Origin: Squalus acanthias
Taxonomy: Eukaryota
Assembly (NCBI GenBank): GCA_030390025.1
Contig: CM059432.1
Span: forward strand, 66,528,001 to 66,592,000
Direction of reading: 5' to 3'
DNA: 64,000 nucleotides
Positions 10,801-21,733 of the stretch are shown in pieces; position 1 is the stretch's first letter, and every line of letters begins with the position of its first letter. The position numbers and the translations under genes were made by a program. Below the pieces are notes generated by a model. It had not been told where the DNA came from, made no database searches, and was given only the letters and a program-made list of their open reading frames with translations.

Positions 10801-11758
10801 TAATTGGTGTCGTTGCACAAAGAGTGGCTGAAACTCTAGGTGTGTTTCTTCGAGAAAAAACCCGAGAGGAAGCACGATAGATTTTAGCCGGAACATCTTG
10901 ATAGGCCCTTACCGGGGCAGTTCGGTAGGACTTAGCTTGATAAGCCCTTGTAGAGGCTCTTGATAGGCAAACCTTTGCAAAATGACCCTTTTTGTTGCAA
11001 TGACTGCAAAACGCATTGCGAGCAGGGCAGAATTTCCGAGGGTGAAACTCATCACCACAAAAGAAGCATTTCTTAGATTGCCAAGAGGCTGCCACAGTGG
11101 GGTCATCATCCTCTTCATCAGTGAAGTCATCAGATTGATCGTCAGGGATAAAGTCCTCCCTAATAGAGTTCACCTGTGGCCTCTTAAATTGCCTGACTGT
11201 AGTTAAGGCAGCAGACCGAGGTCTGGGCACTGTATAAAGGTTTGCATTTCTTTTTGCCAGATCTAGAGAGCAAGCCATGTCATAAGCTCTCTGAAGCTCA
11301 AGTGTCTTACTTTCCAGTAGACGCTGGCGTATAAATGGGGAGGCAAGCCCGCAGATGAAAGCATCACAGATCATTTCTTCACGGTACAGCTCAGCTGAGG
11401 CCGCCTGAAAGTTACAGTCCATACTAAGTCTGCGAAGCTCTTGGAGGAATTTATCAATGGATTCCTCTGGCCCTTGTTGGGCTGTAGCTAGTAGATGTCT
11501 GGCATAGACCTCATTCGGTGTCTTAGTATATAGTCTTTTAAGCGTCCGAATTGCCTCCTCGTAACTGCCCCATTCCTCGACATACTGAAATACATTCGGG
11601 GTGACACAGTTGATGAGTATCCGCAATTTTGAGTCATCATCAGCCTTGCAATATTCGAGAAAATTGTCAAACGTGCGATACCAGTGTTTCCACACCTTAC
11701 CGGCTGCTGGGGTGTTTGGGTCCAAGTCAAGACGCGATGGTTTAAGGATGTTTTCCAT
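7814..11758 (-). CDS. Single-ORF Gag-Pol polyprotein, 1314 aa (Gag, 2 CCHC knuckles, PR, RT, RNase H, IN)
   Basis: Knuckles CFFCGDEFHPRKFC and CSHCNKKGHFAKVC. Protease ALIDSGS. RT DLKSAYHQ and YLDN. RNase H VECDAS, EKEA and TDQ. Integrase HHCC, IDFKGP, HSDRG and NGQVERFN. The order PR-RT-RH-IN is Gypsy-type. Confidence 0.95.
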   Translation of the reverse strand: MENILKPSRLDLDPNTPAAGKVWKHWYRTFDNFLEYCKADDDSKLRILINCVTPNVFQYVEEWGSYEEAIRTLKRLYTKTPNEVYARHLLATAQQGPEESIDKFLQELRRLSMDCNFQAASAELYREEMICDAFICGLASPFIRQRLLESKTLELQRAYDMACSLDLAKRNANLYTVPRPRSAALTTVRQFKRPQVNSIREDFIPDDQSDDFTDEEDDDPTVAASWQSKKCFFCGDEFHPRKFCPARNAFCSHCNKKGHFAKVCLSRASTRAYQAKSYRTAPVRAYQDVPAKIYRASSRVFSRRNTPRVSATLCATTPITAAQNLFHAATKASINGHTLDALIDSGSTDSFIREQIVAELKLHVFPSDQAIAMAQSSLNTRISGFCMVEITLNGHRYPSTRLSVLKDLCSDLILGLDFQKQHKKLTIEFGGSKPELTISNIRPRLPFCALSAASRDEPSLFTSIPPRCKPIITKSRRFSQEDQSFIAAEISRLLAEDIIEPCSSPWRAQVVIVKNPLQPHKKRLCIDYSQTINQYTDLDAYPLPRIDDMVNKLAEYTVFSTYDLKSAYHQVPSKVSDKQYTAFEANGRLYQFRRLPFGVTNGMAVFQRAMDDLVKQEDLKDTFPYLDNITIAGRNQREHDANLQRFWDALQHRNLTLNAAKSIESQPTINILGYCVGNGIIKPDPERLRPLQELPPPKNPASLRRALGLFAYYAKWIPNFSDRIQPLLKASTFPLDTAAVAAFNLLKKQLEKAALHSIDESLPFVVECDASEVAISATLNQEGRPVAFLSRTFQGAELHYPPVEKEATAIIEAVRKWSHLLARQHFTLITDQRSVAFMLDNRKRTKIKNNKIQLWRLELASFGYTIHYRAGKENVAPDTLTRAFCSAMAPSTLVDIHDRLCHPGVTRMLHFVRSRNLPFSTGDVKKMCSDCRVCAELKPQFFRPSGGILIHATQPMQRLSIDFKGPLPSSTRNTYLLTMVDEYSCFPFAFPCPNMLTTTVISCLEQVFAFCGMASYVHSDRGPSFMSGELKAYLSELGIAASRTTPYHPVGNGQVERFNAIIWNAVRLALRSRGLPNQQWEAVLPDALHSTRSLLSTATNTTPHERFFRFQRRSSYGISLPSWLTAPGPVLLRRYVRASKNDLLVDEVELTDVNPTYAYIRYPDGRESTVSLRDLAPCPPKHRGTPGDDIVPGTSLGSPGASHHDLGLTPAGTSLQRADLGQTDYEPVGARTRSHDPPRTIRSETDLPQPCPTPVRAPVHSQDRPDPSQSGLAHSDSGPRPAAGKRARGPLPLREPKRVRLSLVQWLRNGGRMW

Positions 11759-11836
11759 GATGGGTGATTCCCTGGATCCTTAGTTCCGAGTTCGTCCAAA
11801 AAGTTTGAGTGCGAAGTTTTTCAAAGTTGATTAAAT

Positions 11837-12030
11837 TGTCGTAAGAATGAGCCTTACGCATGGTGAACTTAAAGTAAGCTTTAATCAACTAAAAAGGTGC
11901 TACATACAAAAGAGGTCTTACTCTATGCCTCTCCAGGATCCAACTGATCAGCCCAGTATTTATCCTGGACTAATCACAGGAAGTGATGTAATAAAGTTCA
12001 AGTCACAGGAAGCTGTATTGTGTTACCACA
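11837..12030 (-). repeat. 5' LTR of the Gypsy element
   Basis: Direct repeat of 7555-7748. The minus strand has a TATA-like GATAAATA and an ATTAAA. Confidence 0.96.
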
Positions 12031-12680
12031 GGCAGGTAGTGCAGGGGTCCCCTGTGGCCATCCCCCTCTCAAACAGATATACCGCTTTGGATATTGTTGA
12101 GGAGGATGGCTTATCAGGGGAAGGCAGCAGCAACCAACTTCCTGGCACCATGGGTGGTTCTGCTGCACAGGACGGGAGGAAAAAGAGCGGGAGAGCTATA
12201 GTGATAGGGGATTCTATTGTAAGGGGAATAGATAGGCATTTTTGCGGCCGCAAACGAGACTCCAGGATGGTATGTTGCCTCCCTGGTGCAAGGGTCAAGG
12301 ATGTCTCGGAGCGGCTGCAGGGCATCCTGGAGGGGGAGGGTGAACAGCCAGTTATCAAGGTGCAGATAGGTACCAACGATATAGGTAAAAAAATGGGATG
12401 AGGTCCTAAAAGCTGAATATAGGGAGTTAGGAGGTAAATTAAAAAATAGGACCTCAAAGGTAGTAATCTCAGGATTGCTACCAGTGCCACGTACTAGTCA
12501 GAGTAGAAATAGAAGGATATTTCAGATGAATACGTGGCTAGAAGAATGGTGCAAGGGGGAGGGATTCAAATTACTGGGACATTGGAACCGGTTCTGGGGG
12601 AGGTGGGACCAGTACAAACTGGACGGTTTGCACCTGGGCAGGACCGGGACCGATGTCCTAGGGGGAGTGTTTGCTAGTGC

Positions 12681-14912
12681 AATCTTGTTGTGTGAGGCCC
12701 CTTGAGGAGGAGCGATCATAATATGATAGAATTCTTCATTAAGATGGAGAGTGAAGTAGTAGTTGACTCAGAGACTAGGGTACTGAATTTAAATAAAGGA
12801 AACTATGATGGTATGAGGCACGAGTTGGCTAGGATGGATTGGGGAATGTTATTTAAAGGGTTGATGGTGGATAGGCAATGGCAAACATTTAAAGATCGCA
12901 TGGATGAACTACAGAATTTGTTCATCCCTGTTTGGCATAAAAATAAAACAAAAAAGGTGACTCAACCGTGACTAACAAGGGAAATTAGGGATAGCATAAG
13001 ATCCAAGGAGAGTACATATAAATTGGCCAGAAAAAGCAGCAAACCTGAGGATTGGAAGCAGTTTAGGATTCAGCAAAGGAGGACAAAGGAATTAATTAAG
13101 AGAGGGAAAATAGAGTATGAGAGTAAGCTTTCAGGGAACATAAAAACTGACTGTAAAAGCTTCTATAGATATGTGAAGAGAAAAAGATTGGTGAAGTCAA
13201 GTGTAGGTCCCTTGCAGTCAGAATCAGGGGGATTTATAATGGGGAACAAAGAAATGGCTGACCAATTAAATACATACTTTGGTTCTGTCTTCACAAATGA
13301 GGACACTAATAAACTCCCAGAAATGTCGGGGAACATAGGGTCTAAAGAGAGGGAAGAACTGAATGAAATCAGTATTTGTAGGGAAATGGTGTTAGGGAAA
13401 TTGGCGGGATTGAAGGCCGATAAATCCCCAGGGCCTGATAATCTACATCCTAGGGTACTTAAGGAAGTGGCCCTAGAAATAGTAAATGCATTGCTGGTCA
13501 TCTTCCAAAATTCTATAGACTCTGGAACAGTTCCCATGGATTGGAGGGTAGCTAATGTAACCCCACTATTTAAAAAAGGTGGGAGAGCGAAAACGGGGAA
13601 TTATAGACCGGTAAGCCTAACATCGGTAGTGGGCAAAATGCTAGAGTCCATTATAAAAGATGTAATAGCAGAGCACTTGGAACACAGTGACAGGATCGGA
13701 CAAAGTCAACATGGATTTACAAAAGGTAAATCATGCTTGACTAATCGACTGGAATTTTTTGTGGATGTAACTGGTAGAATAGATAAGGGAGAACCAGTGG
13801 ATGTGGTGTATTTGGACTTTCAGAAGGCTTTCGATAAGGTCCCGCATAAGAGATTAGTGTGCAAAGTTAAAGCTCATGGGATTGGGGGTAAGGTACTGAC
13901 TTGGATAGAAAACTGGTTGGCAGACAGGAAGCAAAGAGTTGGAATAAACGAGTCTTTTTCCGAGTGGCAGGCAGTGACTAGTGGGGTACCGCAGTGATCG
14001 GTGCTAGGACCCCAGTTATTCACAATATATATTAATGATCTAGACGAGGGAACTAGATGTAAAATCTCCAAGTTTGCAGATGACACAAAGCTGGGTGGGC
14101 GTGTGTGCTGTGAGGAGGATGCAGAGAAACTCCAGTATGATTTGGGCAGGTTGGGTGATTGGGCAGATGCATGGCAGATGCAGTATAATGTGGATAAATG
14201 CGAGGTTATCCACTTTGGTGGCAAAAACAGGAAGGCAGATTATTATCTGAATGGCAATAGATTGGGAAAAGTGGAAGTGCAACGAGACCTGGGTGTCCTT
14301 GTGCACCAGTCGCTGAAGGTAAGCATGCAGGTGCAGCAGATGGTTAAGAAGGCAAGTGGTATGTTGGCCTTCATAGCGAGAGGATTAGAGTACAGGAGCA
14401 AGGATGTCTTGATGCTGTTGTACAGGGCCTTGGTGAGACCACACCTTGAGTATTGCGTGCAGTTTTGGTCGCCTTACCTGAGGAAGGATGTTCTTGCCAT
14501 GGAGGGAGTGCAGCGAAGATTTACCAGACTGATACCTGGGATGGCAGGAACGACGTATGAAGAGAGATTGGGTCGATTAGGCTTATATTCGCTGGAGTTC
14601 AGAAGAATGAGAGGGGATCTCATTAAAACTTATAAAATTCTAACAGGACTAGACAGACTAGATGCAGGAAGGCTGTTCCCAATGGCGGGGGAGTCCAGAA
14701 CCAGGGGTCACAATCTAAGGATAAGGGGTAAGCCATTTAGGACTGAGATGAGGAGGAATTTCTTCACCCAGAGAGTGGTGAACCTGTGGAATTCTCTACC
14801 ACAGAAGGCAGTTGAGGCCAATTCATTAAATATATTCAAGAAGGAGTTAGATATATTTCTTAAGGCTAAGGGGATCAAGGGATATGGGGAGAAAGCAGGG
14901 ACAGGGTACTGA
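12681..14912 (+). pseudogene. CR1 ORF2 (end of APE domain plus RT) with in-frame stops near 12969 and 13995
   Basis: SDHNMIEF (APE end), KSPGPD, NYRPVSLTS, QHGF, SGVPQ*SVLGP, FADD and LYRALVRPHLEYC. Confidence 0.9.
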
Positions 14913-15439
14913 ATTTGGATGATCAGCCATGATCGCATTGAATGGCGGAGCAGGCTCGAGGGGCCGAATGGCCAACTCCTGCTCCTATCTTCTATGTAAC
15001 TTTGTTGTCCAGTAAACTATAGATTTTATTTTAAATCCAATAGTTTCCTATGGCCCTGAATTTCGTCAATGTCAGTTACACCGTAGTTGAGCCGGAAAGT
15101 TATGCCATTAACCATAAGGGGGAATAACATGCAAGTTTCCTGGGTAAGTAAATTTGTATATGAACAGGTGTAAGATCTGTCATAATTCATGGATAACATG
15201 AGTGTAAGCAGCAAAACCCTCAGGAAATTTGAGTGCAATAATGGTATAAATACTTCAAAGACTCTTCAGACGTCTATCTTCAGTAAAACTCTGGGAGACT
15301 GACAGGTAAGTTTGCAGCCCAAGGTTTTCTCTTGCGTTCCCGCTCAAATTTCTCCACGGGATCTCTAACGCACATCTTTATTTTATGTTGGCAGCAACTT
15401 GACATTTCAGGTTGCACATGTGCCCACTGGCACAAGCAC

Positions 15440-15670
15440 AGAAGAGGAGGGAGAAGAACAGTGAACTCTGAGGAAGATCATGATCTCCTCTTGCAAGAGG
15501 TGGCAGTGAGGAGACACAGCCTTCTGAGACTACACTTCTGCATGCATGGCAGACCAGTAAGCCGTGTTACCGAGAAAGAGCTGGCACTGGCATTGTCGGC
15601 CATCTCCCTCCCAGGATAGCACAGCAGACCAAGAAAATATTTAATGATCTTACCAGATTGGCAAGGTAAG
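15440..15670 (+). pseudogene. Relic Myb/SANT exon 1 of an older Harbinger
   Basis: DLLLQEVAVRRHSLL...TAQQTKKIFNDLTRLAR followed by a gtaag donor. Intron-like C/A-rich sequence resumes at 19571. Confidence 0.6.
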
Positions 15671-16172
15671 GCACTTAGTGGGAGAAATTCAGTTACTTCG
15701 CACCTCCCGTTAGCACCTGGTGGAGGCGCTAACGGGGCACCAATGTAGTAGCGCTGGGGCGAGGCGAATCCAGCGGCGCACGCCAAATCCAGCCACCCCT
15801 TAGTGCCGCCGCTAACAGTTAATGCCTGGGGCTTTAGCGCCAGGCAGATCATGATATCAGTGAGTGTGCAATGCTCACTGAGCACCCGATCTGCCAAATT
15901 GATTAACGCCCCCTGCCTTAGCGCCATGCCCCAACAATGACAGGAAGAGGAGACGTGAAGCAGGAGGATGGCGGCTCCAGGGGCACTACTTATACGGATC
16001 AGTCGCAGCTGTCAGGTTAGTGCTGTTTCACTGCTTCCTTGTCAGTTTGTGATTGTGCAAGAGTTTAATTCAGTCATTGAAAGGTTCGTTAGTATCAGGA
16101 GTGTTTGTGGCTACTAAAAATTTATTACATTTATTCTGACAAAATTTCAAAGTGCTACACATTGTTACATTA

Positions 16173-17403
16173 ATGGGGGCTGTGCTGGCAGTCGACCTCA
16201 CCCTCCAGGATCTACTGTGGAGAGAGCGGAGGCAGCGAGAAAGATTGCAAGATGTGGCCAGAGGGAGGAGGAGGGCCATCAGGGCTCTCAACAGGAGGCC
16301 TTACCCTCCAAGGGTATTACGATAGCACTTCTCCTACCTCCAATTAAGCCAGGAGCAGTGCATTTCAAGGCTCCACTTCAGCAAGGATGTGGTCACCGAA
16401 TTCTGCCACCTCCTACAACCAGACCTCGAGCCTCAGATCAGTTTGACCACGGCTCTCAGTGGCCACCAAGGTCACCGTCACCCTTAATTTCTTCGCCAGC
16501 GATTCCTTCCAGTCTGCAACAGGAGATATAGTGAACATCTCGCAGTTTGACGTCCATCGCTGCATCCAGGAGGTCACAGAGGCTCTCTGCAGTAGGAGAA
16601 GGGACTACATTTCCTTCCCCATCACCAGAGAGAAGCAGGATGAATGTGCATGTGGCTTTGCCAGGATAGCAGGCTTCCCCATGGTGCAGGGCGCCATTGG
16701 CTGCACACATGTGACTTTGCGGGCACCGCATAACAATCCTGAGGTCTTTCGTAACCGCAAATGCTACCACTCACTTAATGTGCAGTTGTTGTGCGACCAC
16801 AGACAGCGAATCCTCAATGTCAATGCCCGCTATCCTGGCAGCAGTCATGATGCCTTCATCCTGTGTCAGACCGGTGTGCCAGCACTCTTTCAGCTTGCGG
16901 CTAGCTGGTCTGAGGCAAGGGCTATCCGCTCTCCACCTGGCTCATGACTCCCCATCGCAACCCCAACACTCCTGCCCAGCACTCATATAATGAAGTCATT
17001 CCCGAACCAGGAACATCATCGAGCAGACCATCGGGGTGTTCAAGCAATGGTTCCGCTGCCTTGACCACTCGGGAGGAACCCTCTAGTACTCGGCTGAGCG
17101 GGTGTCCCATTTCCTGTTGGTCTGATGCATGCTCCACAACTTGGCCATCATGAGGGCGCAGCCCTTGCCAGCAGGGATTGCGGGACCACCTCAAGAGGAG
17201 GAAGAGGGAGAGGAGAGGAGGACGAGGACGAGGAGGAAGAGGGAGAGGAGGAGGAGCAGGACGAGGACAAGGAGGAAGAGGAAGAAGAAGACAAGGAGGA
17301 GGAGGAGGAGGAGGGGGAACAGGAGCGAGGGAAGAGGCAGCCACTCAATCGGCCTTCTGGGAGGGCAGTCCGTGACTGCCTCATCAGACTGCGGTTCCAA
17401 TAA
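16173..17403 (+). pseudogene. Harbinger transposase pseudogene with an expanded Glu/Asp tail
   Basis: Fragments KVTVTLNFFAS..GAIGCTH..NRKCYHSLNVQ..YPGSSHD, MLHNLAIMRAQ and GRAVRDCLIRLRFQ lie in shifting frames. Confidence 0.9.
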
Positions 17404-17568
17404 ATTAAACCCCAGATCCCCGTTGCTCACCACATCTCCATCAGTCCATCCCTGTCGCAGGCCATATCATAGCGCAAAGCTGAAATGAGAGACACCACAA
17501 AATCATCCAAAGCCAATTAATAAATTTATCAATAATCAGTGAACACATATTTACACCAACAATATTAT

Positions 17569-19275
17569 CTATTCACCCTTGTGCAATCCCTTAGTGCCTC
17601 TCGTTACTGTGCCTTTGCCTACTCTGGAGCTCCTGTGAAGTGTAGGCCCAGTGGCTACAGCAGGGCTGGTGGAAGGCTGCTGAGTGTCCGTGCAGGAGGC
17701 TTCAGATGGCCGTGCAGGATGCCCTCGACCAGCTCTGGGCCTGGAAGGCCCGGCTGTAGACTGCATCACCTCAGCATGGGCGACAGCAGTCTGGGCTGGC
17801 TGGATGACAGGCAGTGACAAGGGTAATGACGGAGTGACAGTGGTGGGAGCAGGAATGCTGTCATCCTGAGAGAGGACAGCAGGTTCCTGCTCCACTGACC
17901 CACTGCCACTCCCCGGGGCAGCACCTCAGCATCCCTAGCAATCTGCTGGAGCACAGATTGCTGGCCTGCTGCAACACCGTGAAAGCCCCAGTGGATGGTC
18001 GTCGACCCAGTCATGATGGCAGCAGTCAGAGCTTGCATCAAGCTGAGACTGCATGAGAGCAGTCTGAGAATTGCTGGCAACAAGCATAGACTGCATTACA
18101 GCACTAAGACGTTGCGTGGCTTCCGCCTGTGCTGCAATGGAAGCTGCGACATCGCCCATCACACGCGGCATGAGATCTGTGTCGTCATGGTCTCTCTGGG
18201 GGTCCACCATCATTTGCAGACTGGAAATTATGGGCTCCATGGTGCGCGTAGAGCTTTGTGCAATGTTGGAAGTGGACTCCTCCATGCTCCTTACCATTGC
18301 CGAGAGGCTCTCGGGCACCCTTGCCATTGCACCTATCATCTCCGTGTAGATGCCCATCAGCCTTCTTCTAAAGGCCTCCCTATCGAGGTCCTTATCTGAG
18401 ATGTGTGCAGCAGAACTCGCTGACTCTAGAGCTACCCTTTCCCTCTGATCTTGCTGAAGTCCGCTCGTCCCTGTTGCATCACCCTGTGCAGATCCCGCTA
18501 CTACACTAGCCTCTAAAGAACGCATAGTGCCAGTATCTGAGCTAGTGCCTGCGGGTGAGACATGCAGTGACGCGGTGTCTTCTTCCTCCTCCTCTTCTCC
18601 CACCTCGCTCTCAATGGTACCTTCAGGGACAGGCTGCTCAGCTGCTTGCTCCTTATCTGAAAGCATAAAGCACAACAGTCGGGTTAAGGTGAGGGGAGGG
18701 GGCAGGAAGGGAGAAAGGCATGCATACAGCGTGATTAGCTGGAAAGTGGGAAAGGCTTGTGTGGTGCGGGGAAAGTGGGATGTGAGAAGAAGAGGAGGGA
18801 TGAACATACCGTTGTTGTCCTCAATGGGGTCAACGTCGCCGGTGGCCACGGTGCCCACCACCTGGCACCCAATGATTTGCAGAACTCTTTCCTCCAGCTC
18901 AGAAACTGGTTGGGTGTCAGGTTGTCCCCTGCCTGTGCGCTCCTGCTTCCTCCTGTTGTGAGCGACCTTGGCCTGCAAGAGAGAGGAAAGTGTGTGAGTG
19001 AGTGTGGAGCAATGTGTTTGGGAGATGTGCCTGCCATAGTTGAATAGCTGTCATTGTGTGCAAGGTGTGAGATGTGGATGTGAGTGCTGGTAGGTGGAGA
19101 TTGTTGGTGGGTGAGTGCTGGGGGTGTGAAATTTGGGCAGTGTGTGAAGACTGTGGTTCAGATGGTGATATGTAGCATTTGTTGAAGCATTGACTCACCC
19201 TGACCACCCGTGTGAGGTCATTAAATTTCTTCCTGCACTGTGTGTGGGTCCTGGGGACCACAGTGCTGCCCGAGA
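17569..19275 (-). pseudogene. Harbinger Myb/SANT pseudogene with the 5' part of exon 1 deleted
   Basis: RTHTQCRKKFNDLTRVVR|gtgagt, cag|AKVAHNRRKQERTGRG, and an exon 3 homologous to H1. Confidence 0.85.
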
Positions 19276-21508
19276 CAGCTGCAAAACCAGCAATGAGAAT
19301 GAGGTTCTGCAGCATGATTGAACCTCCCTTTAAGAACTGGAAAGAGCCTGTGGCAATGATGACTAGCGATTAGACTGCACCTGAAATTGCTTAGCGCTTT
19401 CAGTCTAACACCACTGAGCTAGGTCGTTAGCACTTGATTTAGCGCTCCCATCCTTTCTTTGAGCGATGACAGTGAATTTTGCGTGCAGCGAGATTCATTA
19501 GCGCCTGCTGCTAAATCTGAAACTTTACCAAAGTTAGCGCCCACTCCTGGGCTATAATGAATTTCTCCCCTTAGAGTGGTTTTCCTTTCTTCCTTGCCTA
19601 CCCCTGGTACCACCACACTCTTCACCCGCTGAAACCAACACTCACACTACTTCACACTGCACACTGATTAAAAGCCCCTAATTCCTGCCTAGCTGCCCTA
19701 TGGCTTCACATCTCCTTTAATGCACAAAAACTGTCTTGCGCAACCCTCAATACATCTCCCTCCACTCTAATATCTTCACACCCCCACATCTCTCAATTCA
19801 CCTCTCCCATGACACTGATCGCGCACTCCCCAACTGTCAGCTTTACCCTTATTTACTTAGAACCTTGCGCATAAAATTTGTACTGTTAGAAAGATTGCAG
19901 AAATTTGTGTTTAATGTTGTAAATGTGCCTAAATGCACTAAAATGCTAAACTTTTCAGTGCATTAACAGCACAACAATGGCATAAGTGCTGAAAAAATGC
20001 AAGGCCTATGTTTTTATATGTTACTCAGACACCTATAGGGGATGCTAGAGGCCAACTGTTGTACAATTAAATAATAACAGTAAAGTTAGTTGTTAAGACA
20101 GCCTGGAAAGAGCTGTGTGAAGTCACAGTCACGAGTATTATTAGTAAACAGACCAGAAAAATCCAGCTTATATTGAATAGCTACTGTAGAGACCACTTTC
20201 AGCCAACACATACATAAAATTACAATGAGTGCATTATTTCATGTTAAATGTGAAAATTATGCCATTTTGTTAGAGTTCAACCAACACTCTGCAAAGATCT
20301 AGAGCTATTTTTTTCCAAGATATGAAAATACCACCAGTATACAAGCAAAAGTTCCATTAGCTTTTAGCATTTAAAAGCTCTTCTGTGAGCCACTTAGCTC
20401 AGAAATGCATATACAAAACTAATGAGTTCATAATTCCAATAAATATTTTCCAATATATCAGGAATTCTGCTGTTGTGCCTGTGAGAGTTATAGATTTTTA
20501 AATTGCTATAACTTTTAACAACTGTAATAAAACATAGCAATAAAAGGTGTAACTTCAGGAACAATTTTTATTAGACTAAGTGGAACTATAAACATTTGCC
20601 AATTTAGCCAAATGTAACAGGAACTCGTGAATGCCACAAACGCTGCTGGTGCTACTGCGGGCTGGAGTTAACGGCTGCCGAAAACGGTGGCACTGGGGAC
20701 GAATTAACATTAGCCCAGTGCTAAACTCATAGTGCACCGCCGTCCTGGTGGCATTCGTCCCAGCAGGAGGCCCCAGTGCAGCGTGGCCGTAGCATCAATG
20801 CAGCAAGAACAGCCTGCTCTGAAAGCAAGGCTGTCATTTCAGAAAGCATTGTCGCTCTCTTAAAGGGAAACTGCCTTCTGAAATGAAAAAAAAAATCATG
20901 TAAAAATAGGCAGTTTTTAGACCTTACAGCTCAACTGCCATCTGGAAAAAAAATAACATTAAAAAGAATTCCCAAGTGGGAGTCTTCAGCTCTTAAAGCT
21001 GAATTCTCCTCCACACCTAAAAAATGAGAAAAGTGCTTCAGCACTAACACAAATGGCTCAGCAATCTAGGGAAGGGGCACCCAGGGTCTCATATGCAGCA
21101 CTCCAGCTTTGTGTAGGGGGTCAACACTGCAAGAGAGGTCCTCTACCAAAACAGGGGCTTGGAGGCCCTCCAAAAAGAATGATGTGGGACCACATCACCG
21201 AGGCCATCACTGCCAGCAGTGTCGCCCCCACGACCTGGCTCCAGTGCCCAAAGAAGCTGCATGACCTCAGACCAGTGGTCAAGGTCAGTGAATGCATCTT
21301 CAAAAGCCGTCTCCTACCAACTGCGCCAGTAGCCTCACACACTTCTCAATGCACGACTCCCCACCTACCCACCCCCAATCACACGCCGACCAACAATCTG
21401 TACAAAACATGAGGTATACCTCTATTTCTATCTTCACCTCACCCCCTTTGAGGACAAATGTGAGAAGTCTCACAACACCAGGTTATAGTCCAACAGCTTT
21501 ATTTGAAA

Positions 21509-21545
21509 TCACAAGCTTTCGGAGCGCTGCTCCTTCGTCAGGTGA
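21509..21545 (-). ncRNA. Minimal type I hammerhead ribozyme motif in the Penelope pLTR
   Basis: The minus strand reads TCAC-CTGACGA-A-GGAGC(AGC)GCTCC-GAAA-GC-TT-GTGA. This gives an intact core, stem I TCAC/GTGA, a 5-bp stem II and a palindromic AAGCTT stem III. Confidence 0.75.
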
Positions 21546-21733
21546 AGTGAAGAGATACATATCGGCACAGCATATATAGTCAGAGAACACTGCCAGATGA
21601 TTACAGTTAATCTTTCTAACTGCCCTTTATCACACCTCGGCAGAGAGATAATCATGGCAATCAAAGGTGTGGATGGTGTCCAAACAGGTCAGTCAGGAAA
21701 ACATTACATCAAAGACAATGAGGTGGGGTCACA

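Larger units (their letters stand above)
7555..12030 (-). mobile_element. Ty3/Gypsy LTR retrotransposon, full length and young
   Basis: 194-bp TG..CA LTRs at 7555-7748 and 11837-12030 with one mismatch. 5-bp TSD GGCAG at 7550-7554 and 12031-12035. Polypurine tract on the minus strand at 7749-7762. Confidence 0.96.
7271..12680 (+). pseudogene. CR1 ORF1 (Cys motif plus SGNH esterase), split by the Gypsy insertion and frameshifted
   Basis: MAAQLGPVAC..HVCGK..ARQSSRRRQ runs to 7554 and resumes after 12030 as QVVQGSPVAIPLSNRY..GDSIVRG..PGARVKD..GTND..DGLHL. Confidence 0.85.
6437..14997 (+). mobile_element. CR1-clade LINE (HER1-like), near full length, interrupted by a Gypsy element and lacking most of the endonuclease
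   Basis: Tandem-repeat 5' UTR, ORF1 with a Cys motif and SGNH esterase blocks, ORF2 RT (YLDFQKAFDKV, SKFADDTKL), and 3' tail gatcagccatgatc..gaatggcggagcaggctcgaggggccgaatggc..actcctgctccta. Confidence 0.9.
15679..19570. mobile_element. Harbinger copy H2 (defective)
   Basis: TIRs TGGGAGAAATTC and GAATTTCTCCCC, with TTAG on both flanks. Transposase pseudogene (+) and Myb pseudogene (-). Confidence 0.9.
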
